Positions 60,862 to 64,000 of a stretch of DNA of 64,000 bases are shown piece after piece. Where the stretch lies: positions 38,446,401 to 38,510,400 of the forward strand of contig CM120641.1 in NCBI GenBank assembly GCA_051362555.1. Direction: 5' to 3'. Made by a program: the position numbers and the translations under genes. The DNA is from Lingula anatina. Taxonomy: Eukaryota > Animalia > Brachiopoda. The notes under the pieces are model-generated. The model was not told the origin of the DNA, ran no database searches, and saw only the letters and a program-made list of their open reading frames with translations. Within the stretch, counting starts at the first letter, position 1; every line of letters begins with the position of its first letter.

Positions 60862-63851
60862 GTTTTGGACCTCGATCTTTGCTATCTGCCATCAGCGTAT
60901 CTATTGTGGCTTCTGCAACCAATTTATTGTACAGATGAATATTTCTTAAAATTACTCCTTGTAGATTTCTGAAATCTGCATAAATAGTCATTGTGTAGTA
61001 GGTACATGTACATACGTTTTCTTAGATATATTTAGATATTCGGATATGCTCCACAACTCGTTTTGTTTTTGTTTTCTTAATGTTTTGTTTAATATTTCAT
61101 TATTTTAATTCATCTCTTCGTCACCCTTTAATACTTATTATTCTGTCATTGTATCAATGTTTTACTTAATTGGGTTAAATGATTATTATGGATAGGAGAT
61201 TCCATAAAAGAACAAACATTTGTATCATTGTGAATTGTGTTGATACGTTTATAACGTAACCATTGTTGCTAAGGACGCCAATTAAAACCAACCAAGTTAT
61301 CATTTTCCCACATCAAAGTAAATGTAACAAATGGCTTAAACCTTTTCATGACAAAATGTTTTATAATCATTCTTCTAACTCGTCTTCTGGGAATTCAGAG
61401 CTTTTATTGGAAAAAACAAACAGTAAGGCAATCATTTGAATTATTCATAAAAACGCGTTTGGCAATGTGTGGCATGGTAAAAATGATATTCAAAATAAGC
61501 CTCATGGCGTTTCCCAGAAATAATACGATTAAAGCAACAAAATTCAACAAAAACGCGTTTACCTTGTAAAATACATTTACACACTGCTCTCCGGTGGTCA
61601 TTTCTCAAGCACATGGTCAACCTAAAGCTACAAATGAACCAGTAGACTAGTCCCATTTATCGGATATCCAATAATTGCCACCCAAAGCAAAAGATCCTCT
61701 GAAAGAGCATCATTGCAGTCTTTAGTTGATTAATCTGTGCTAGCGCTTATTCTAGACTGGCACCCAATATTGGATCCTAGTTCTAAGCATTTGTCAATAA
61801 TGTTAGACGTCAAGTCATTAATGCATGGGCGATCGCAGGAATCGTAGAGATGGCCACTTATCCATGGTTTACTCTGTGATTGTTTGTCCAGATAATCTAT
61901 GTGCGAGACTTAAGAATTCAGCGACTATGGAGTTAATTTGCTCCATATAAAATCGCAAATTTTGTTTTTTATTTCAAACCTCCACTTTTTCGCAGTCAGA
62001 GTAGGCCTATTTCTTGTTACAAAATTATCAGGATGATTTTGGTGAAAAGACTCACAGGGATTAAACAAAAAGGGATTAACTGTTTTGTCACGGAAATTAA
62101 ATAAACGTATTAGAATCTGATTCCATTATGGTCACATTGCACATATAGTTTTCCTTCCGATCGATTGGTACCATTTTATAAACATAAAACTCACACAGTT
62201 GTTTATTGACACACGGAAGTAGAAGGTATCAGATTTGTTGCGACAATAATGATATTTCGAAATGTTAATAAAAATTTGATTACGTGTCTTTCATCGAAAT
62301 TATCTGGTTACAGAAACATAAGAAAAAAATGTTGATAAAAAGTTGATTAAATTGGTTGGCATTTAAAGTGATCAGTAGAAAGAGATGGAAATGCTTCAAC
62401 GCCCCCCGTCTTATTCAATACAAACTACACTTATACATAGAAGTATACTTGACGCGGATATTAAAGACGGATGAACATTTTTTCGATTAATTAGGTTCAA
62501 AAGATGATCAACTAAACACGTAGTTTGTCACGCAGCCTGACAGGTTTGAGTCAACCATGGCAAGAGCCATATAGGCAATGTTCCCCAGAGAGGAATAAAG
62601 ACACTGATACCTACGTCATCCTTGTAATCTGACATTTCGAGAAATCTGAGCTGCCTACTGAGAATTTAAGCAATTCCCGACGTGCTACAGAATAAACCTA
62701 TTTTCGTCTTTCGTGAACGGAAATCCTGTACTTTCCGTTCTTCCAAATTAAGGGCATACAAATACGAATTTTATTGTATGAATAACCTCTTTTCAGATTA
62801 ATATCTCACTGTGTGATTTTGACGTAGCAGGTGGAAGAGCACATTTCACTACTATGCATTTATATTTACGAAAACTTAGGAAGTTTAAGGGTGAACTCTG
62901 CAGTGTTTTGTTAAGGGTATGCTTAGGAACCGTATTGACTTTATTTTTATTGCCACATAGTATCATCAACGTTGTAGTTGCGGTCCTGTGAAGTCGTTTA
63001 ATGTAAGTGTATGGAAACAGCCAAACCATGGACATAATCTCTTATTATGTCCATGGCCAAACATAAAAGTCAAACCAGGATATAACAGGGTCATTTTTTA
63101 GTTATGTGTTTGTTCTGATTTAAATATCTAAAAACTGGCTTCGATAGTTGACAAGTAGACACCACTGTGTGATATGATTCAATATATATGTATACTTACA
63201 AATTTTCCATAGCTTTCATTTCTCTAAGACTCAAAGCACGACCGTATGGATAACGTAATACTAACAGTGGCGTTTATGAGGTATCGGATGTTATCATAAA
63301 ATTGTTCTCCTTTACATATAATTCTTTCCGTACTTTTTTAAAAACCAATGGCCAATGTTGCGTGGCGTGGGCTTTGTGCACTGTAAGATTATTATGTGGG
63401 AAGATGAAAGGATAATGACGATGATCTCAACTTGTTTTCAACCGATGACGAGAGATTGTGACGCAGAACGTCGACATAATTATCGGGATTCGTGAACGTT
63501 TCCCGAAACCAACAAAAAGTCTGAAGTTTTGTCATAGCCAATGCTTCCCTCAAAAGGACTCCGATTTTCTAGTGGTGAACCGCGTATTTTCGGCATAATA
63601 AAACTCTTGCCATGACGTATACCCTGACATACCGGTCAGAAAATAAAACATGCCTCCAGTGTTGCTTGGTTCTTGTCTCTGTGTTCTTGTTGTCTGTAAG
63701 GTCGCATTCGGGCACCCTGAGCTTCAGAGATAACTTGACACTAACCTCTTCACTATAGCCTATCTTCATCGTGTCATTGGGGCCGTTCAGAATGGATGAT
63801 CCGAGTACTAACTGACCCGCCGACTAAATATGGCATACCCCACTTCAAAAG

Positions 63852-64000
63852 CGATACCGCTAATTCCATGATGGTCTCCCCGCCTCCACACGAGCCGTCC
63901 CTGCAGGGGCCTAGCAATTAAACCTAGGAGCCGAGATTTAATACGTTTTATGGCGCGTGTGGAGGCGGGGTAGGGAGGCCATTGGGAATCAGCGGCATCG
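63852..64000. mobile_element. Inverted-repeat (MITE-like) element, possibly truncated by the window end
   Basis: CGATACCGCTAATTCC..ATGGTCTCCCCGCCTCCACACGAGCC pairs with GGCGCGTGTGGAGGCGGGG....GGCCATTGGGAATCAGCGGCATCG. Confidence 0.65.

Noticed and set aside
1-64000. tRNA/rRNA genes or autonomous transposase/RT ORFs
   Set aside because: None recognised by eye; short ncRNAs cannot be excluded without covariance-model searches.

Overview
AT-rich, intron-containing animal genomic DNA, probably an invertebrate (gene sequences and repeat types suggest a lophotrochozoan such as a mollusc; this is inference). From left to right: two tandem, same-strand (-) SoxE (Sox8/9/10-like) paralogues about 16 kb apart (only exon 1 of the left copy is in the window; the right copy is complete, 3 exons, about 446 aa); an apparently gene-free region of about 17 kb; a caspase-8-like gene with 10 coding exons (two DEDs, SHG and QACQG, -); a two-exon NDUFB3 gene (+) that the ORF track misses and that sits head-to-head with caspase-8; a 12-exon CASC3/MLN51/Barentsz gene (-); and the first exon of a probable ankyrin-repeat gene (+). 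Introns and intergenic DNA carry Helentron-type non-autonomous elements with internal tandem repeats, several MITE/foldback elements and microsatellites. Most notable: (1) a promoter module (identical 14-mer TGACGTATGCTAAT plus further collinear blocks) shared by both SoxE paralogues at almost the same distance from the ATG; (2) a compact divergent caspase-8/NDUFB3 promoter with NF-kB and CRE motifs, echoing the NDUFB3-CFLAR-CASP10-CASP8 neighbourhood of human 2q33. All exon structures were derived by hand from GT/AG sites and reading-frame continuity.
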